A stretch of DNA of 64,000 bases, from contig CAWBMD010000002.1 of NCBI GenBank assembly GCA_963789865.1, positions 2,543-66,542 on the forward strand, in the 5' to 3' direction. This DNA comes from an uncultured Chloroflexia bacterium (GTDB taxonomy: Bacteria; Chloroflexota; Limnocylindria; Limnocylindrales; CSP1-4). The notes beneath the pieces are model-generated. The model did no database searches and was not told where the DNA came from. It saw nothing but the letters and a program-made list of their open reading frames with translations. Both the position numbers and the translations under genes were made by a program. How positions within the stretch are numbered: the first letter of the stretch is position 1; each line of letters begins with the position of its first letter. Shown here in pieces: positions 59,232 to 64,000 of this stretch.

Positions 59232-59301
59232 TGAATGACTGTTCATTCACTATGCTGGATGACGACGCGCCCTGTCAAGGGGCAAAATGAACACTCATTC
59301 A
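59232..59301. promoter_or_regulatory. Two related palindromic operators (TetR-type) in the divergent SDR / TetR promoter region
   Basis: TGAATGActgtTCATTCA (59232-59249) has perfect 7-bp arms. TGAACACTCATTCA (59288-59301) shares the TCATTCA half-site. Both lie in the locally AT-richer 150-bp gap between the start codons at 59167 (-) and 59319 (+). Confidence 0.5.
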
Positions 59302-59318
59302 TCACGACGGAGGCGACG

Positions 59319-59949
59319 ATGCCCAGGCGACCGGCGGCTCACGCGGAGGCGATGCGCGAGCGGATCCTCGAGGGCGGGCGGCGCGCGTTCATCGCCGGCG
59401 GCTTCCGCGGCACCAGCGTCCCCTCCATCGCGGCCGAGGCCGGTGTCTCGGTCGGCCTGATCTACCGCTACTTCCCCAGCAAGGAGGAGCTGTTCCTCGA
59501 GCTGTGCATCTCGGGCACACCCGAGGAGCTGGCCGAGCTGGCCGAGCAACCTCGCCCCCATCGACGATCCCGGTCGAGCGCCTGACCGTCGCCATCGACA
59601 GCTACTTCGACGCCCTGTTCCACGCGATCGGCGCGCCGCTGGTCCTCCAGGCGCTGGCCGCGGCCCCGTCCGACGAGCGGATCCGCGAGGCGCTCCGCCG
59701 CCGCGGCGACGACCTGCGCAGCTTCTCGGCCGACTTCGTCCGCGACGCCATCCGCCGCGGCGAGCTGGACCCGGCGACCGACGTCGACGAGATCGCCGCG
59801 ACGACGACGATGCTCCTCGACGGCGCGCTGATCGCCGTGGCCGAGCAGGGCGACGCCCTGGACCGGGACGCCGTCCGCGACCGTGTCGTGCGCACGGTGG
59901 TCGCCGCCTCCGGCCTCCACGCCGGCCTCGCGCTAGCATCGTGCCGTGA
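59319..59949 (+). CDS. TetR-family transcriptional regulator, about 2 frameshifts
   Basis: ATG 59319 follows GGAGG: MPRRPAAHAEAMRERILEGGRRAFIAGGFRGTSVPSIAAEAGVSVGLIYRYFPSKEELF (HTH). The ligand domain is in ORF 59504-61195: VERLTVAIDSYFDALFHAIGAP...EIAATTTMLLDGALIAV. The likely stop TGA 59947-59949 overlaps GTG 59946. Confidence 0.8.
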
Positions 59950-60591
59950 ACGATCCCGCTGCCGATCGGCGACGACCGCCGTCGTCGTCCCCGTCCGCAC
60001 CTTCGAGGGCGCCAAGTCCCGCCTGGGCGCCGTCCTCGACGCCGAGGAGCGCCGCGACCTCGTGGAGCGGCTGCTCCGGCGCACCGTCGCCGCGGCGCTC
60101 GCGACGCCCGGGCGTCACCGAGGTCGTGGTCGTCTCGCCCGATCCCGAGGTCCTCGAGGTCGCGGCCGGCGCCGGCGCCAGGCCCGTCCTCCAGCGGTCG
60201 CGCGGCCTCAACCCGGCCCTCCAGGAGGCGCGGGCAGGCGATCCGGCGGACCGGATCCTGGTGCTCCCGGCGGACCTCCCGGCCGTGACCGCCGCCGACC
60301 TCGCGGCGATCCTCGCGGCCGGCGACGCGGCGGCGACGCGGCCGGCGCCCCGAGCGTGGTCCTCGCGCCGGACCGCCACGGCCGCGGGACGAACGCCCTG
60401 CTGCTCGCCCCGCCGGACGTCATCGATCCCGCCTTCGGCGGCGACAGCCGGGCCGCCCACGCCTGGCTCGCGTCGTCGGCCGACGCCGCGTTCGTCGAGG
60501 TGCCCGGGGTGCTGGGCCTGGACATCGACACGCCCGACGACCTGCTGCTGGCCGAGGCACTGCGCGACGGAGTCGCCCCGTGTCCGGCTGA
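59946..60591 (+). CDS. cofC: 2-phospho-L-lactate (or PEP) guanylyltransferase, about 3 frameshifts; 3' end uncertain
   Basis: GTG 59946. Sequence: AVVVPVRTFEGAKSRLGAVLDAEERRDLVERLLRRTV (ORF 59504 frame); VTEVVVVSPDPEVLEVAAGAGARPVLQRSRGLNPALQEA...RILVLPADLPAVTAADL (ORF 59946-60857); VVLAPDRHGRGTNALLLAPP...FGGDSRAAH...DIDTPDDL. A TGA at 60589-60591 exists only in the third frame. Confidence 0.75.
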
Positions 60592-60599
60592 GCCCGGCC

Positions 60600-61364
60600 G
60601 CGTCGAGATCCTCGCCCTCGCCCGCCTGCCCGGAGGTCCGACCCGGCGACGACCTCGCGGCGCTGATCGGCGACGCCCTGGAGGCCACGCCGGCGCCCTC
60701 CCGCTCCAGGCCGGGCGACGTGCTCGTCGTCACCCAGAAGATCGTGTCCAAGGCCGAGGGCGCCGATCGTGGACCTGCGGACGATCGACGCCTCGCCCGG
60801 AGGCCGTCGCCTGGGCCGACGCCTGGGACCGCGACCCGCGCCAGATCGAGGTCGTGATGCAGCAGGCCCGCCGGATCGTGCGGATGGCCTACGGCGTCCT
60901 CATCGTGGAGACGGAGCACGGCTTCGTGTGCGCGAACGCCGGCGTGGACGCGTCCAACGTGGGGCCGGACTCGGGCGACGCGGTCACGCTGCTGCCGCGG
61001 GACCCGGACGCGTCCGCCGCGCGCATCCGGGCCGCGCTCCGGGAGCGCTTCGGTCACGACCTGCCGGTCATCGTCTCCGACAGCTTCGGACGTCCGTGGC
61101 GCTGGGGCATCACGGACGTCGCGCTCGGCGTCTCCGGGCTGCTCCCGCTGGAGGACCTGCGCGGCGAGCTCCGGACGCGGACGGGCGGGTCATGAAGACG
61201 ACGATCCGCGCGGTCGCGGACGAGCTGGCCTCGGCGGCCGAGCTCGCGCTGGGCAAGACCGCCGGGCGGCCCGTCGCGCTGGTTCGCGGGGCGCCAACCC
61301 GCCCCTCGGCGAGGGCTCGATCCGCGACCTGATCATCGCGCCGGAGCAGGACCTCTTCCGCTGA
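60600..61364 (+). CDS. cofE: Coenzyme F420-0:L-glutamate ligase, stand-alone CofE type with no FbiB-like nitroreductase domain, about 4 frameshifts; start not identifiable
   Basis: VEILALARLPEVRPGDDLAALIGDAL...PGDVLVVTQKIVSKAEGA, IVDLRTIDASPEAVAWA...DPRQIEVVMQQARRIVRM...LIVETEHGFVCANAGVDASNV...VTLLPRDPDASAARIR...LPVIVSDSFGRPWRWGITDVALG, MKTTIRAVADELASAAELALGKTAGRPVALVRG, and IRDLIIAPEQDLFR with stop at 61362-61364. Confidence 0.8.
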
Positions 61365-61440
61365 CGCCAGGGCGTCCCCGCCGCCGCTCGAGCTCCTCCA
61401 GCGCCGCGCCCCGACGGCGGTCCGCGCTACCCTCCACCGC

Positions 61441-62340
61441 ATGAAGGCAGGACTCCAGCTCCCCTCGTTCACCTGGCCCGGCGGCCCCGAGGCCATCGGC
61501 CCCACCCTCGCCCGCAGTTGTCCGCGGCGCCGACGACGCCGGCTTCGACTCCATCTGGGTCATGGACCACTTCTTCCAGATCCGCGGCGTCGGGACGCCC
61601 CGAGGAGCCGATGCTCGAGGGCTGGACGACGCTCGGGTTCATGGCGGCGCACTCGACCCGCGCCCGCCTCGGCCTGATGGTCGGCGGCGTCCACTACCGG
61701 CTGCCGGGCCTGTGGGTCAAGGCGGCGACGACGCTCGACGTGCTGTCGGGCGGGCGCGCGTGGCTGGGCATCGGCGCGGCCTGGAACGAGGACGAGTCGC
61801 GCAGCCTGGGCTTCCCGTTCCCGCCCCTCGGCGAGCGGTTCGAGATGCTCGAGGAGACGCTGCAGATCGCCCACGGGATGTGGTCCGGCGAGCGCGGCTC
61901 CGAGGCGGCGTTCGAGGGCCGCCGCTACCGGGCGGGCCGGCTCCTCAACTCGCCGCAGGCGCTCACCCGGCCGCACCCGCCGATCATGATCGGGGGCGGC
62001 GGCGAGCGGAAGACCCTGCGCCTGGTCGCGCAGTACGCGGACGCCTGCAACGTGTTCGGCGGCCCGGAGACGATCCACCACAAGTACGAGGTGCTGCGCG
62101 AGCACTGCGCGGCGGTCGGCCGGGACCCGGACGAGATCGAGCGCTCGACGCTGCAGTCGGTCCGGCTGGCGCTCGACGGGGGCCAGGGCGAGAGCCCCGC
62201 AGCAGGTCGTGGACCGGTTCGGCGAGCTGTCCGACGCCGGCGCCCAGCACGTGATCTTCTCGGTGCGCGACGCCTGGAACCCCGCCGTGATGGAGATCCT
62301 GGGACGGGACGTGCTGCCGGAGCTCCGGAAGCTGGGCTAG
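61441..62340 (+). CDS. LLM-class F420-dependent oxidoreductase, Rv1855c/TIGR03560-like, about 4 frameshifts
   Basis: ATG 61441 gives [24 protein letters not shown]. Then [21 protein letters not shown]. The main body is in ORF 61518-62786: [87 protein letters not shown]...[30 protein letters not shown]. The tail [20 protein letters not shown]...LPELRKLG has its stop at 62338-62340. Confidence 0.85.
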
Positions 62341-62725
62341 CCAACCCGCCGCCTCGGCCGCGTCGAACGGGTCTCGTGACACCGGACGTGGCCGGCCCGG
62401 TATCCCGGGCGCCCCGACGCCGGCTATGGTGGCAGCCTCCTGTCCGAGAGCTGGCTGCGGCTGCCGAGCGCCGACGTCCCGCCGCCGTCTCGTTGGAGCG
62501 GATACTCCCTGGGGGTATACGATCCGCGTGCTACAGTGGCGTCAGGACAAGCCTCCACACCAGGATCCACAATCTCACCATGACCGACGACACCAACCGC
62601 GGCGACGCCAGCCCGCTCGGCGGGCTCAAGATCAACCTCGCCACGCCGGCCGGCGGCGGGTCGAGCCTGAACCCGTTCGGCGCGCATCTCGATCATCGCC
62701 GCCGACGCCGGGCGCGGCGGAGCCC

Positions 62726-64000
<1,275 letters not shown>

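Overview
Very GC-rich chromosomal segment (by eye well above 65 percent GC). Gene content is typical of Actinomycetota, possibly Chloroflexota: F420 biosynthesis genes, LLM and PPOX F420 enzymes, the DUF3090/SCO1664 pair, an LCP protein and a class A PBP. I can support about 60 protein-coding genes on both strands. Most are housekeeping or transport genes: two ABC-2 exporter modules, a sugar ABC ATPase, tdk, lhgO, a class A PBP, aceE, mtnP, pncA, trxB and cofD/cofC/cofE. I found no rRNA, canonical tRNA, CRISPR array, transposase, integrase or prophage genes. Three things stand out. (1) Many clearly conserved genes are broken by +/-1 frameshifts. The sites I could reconstruct sit in G/C homopolymer runs, so these look like assembly errors. 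The damage is patchy: several multi-kb blocks (2077-9432, 25708-30842, 44227-45533) are fully intact. (2) Three unrelated tandem minisatellites (54, 30 and 40 bp units) lie within 2 kb at 1.9-3.9 kb. (3) The best candidates for uncharacterised biology are listed here. First, an intact orphan cluster at 5998-9432: a 451-aa protein of unknown family, two double-zinc-ribbon proteins sharing a C-terminal motif, and a lipoprotein. Second, a nucleic-acid-targeting neighbourhood at 30.6-38.9 kb: a small zinc-ribbon ORF, Mrr, a roughly 1250-aa Cas4-like nuclease / RNase H-fold / SF1B helicase protein, and a pentapeptide-repeat protein. Third, a membrane protein plus immunity-like protein pair at 25708-26826. 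Fourth, a cluster of DnaA-box-like 9-mers at 13117-13191. Fifth, a TetR-controlled F420 island at 56.7-62.3 kb. Stop codons are rare at this GC content and indels are frequent, so many gene ends and some starts are approximate.
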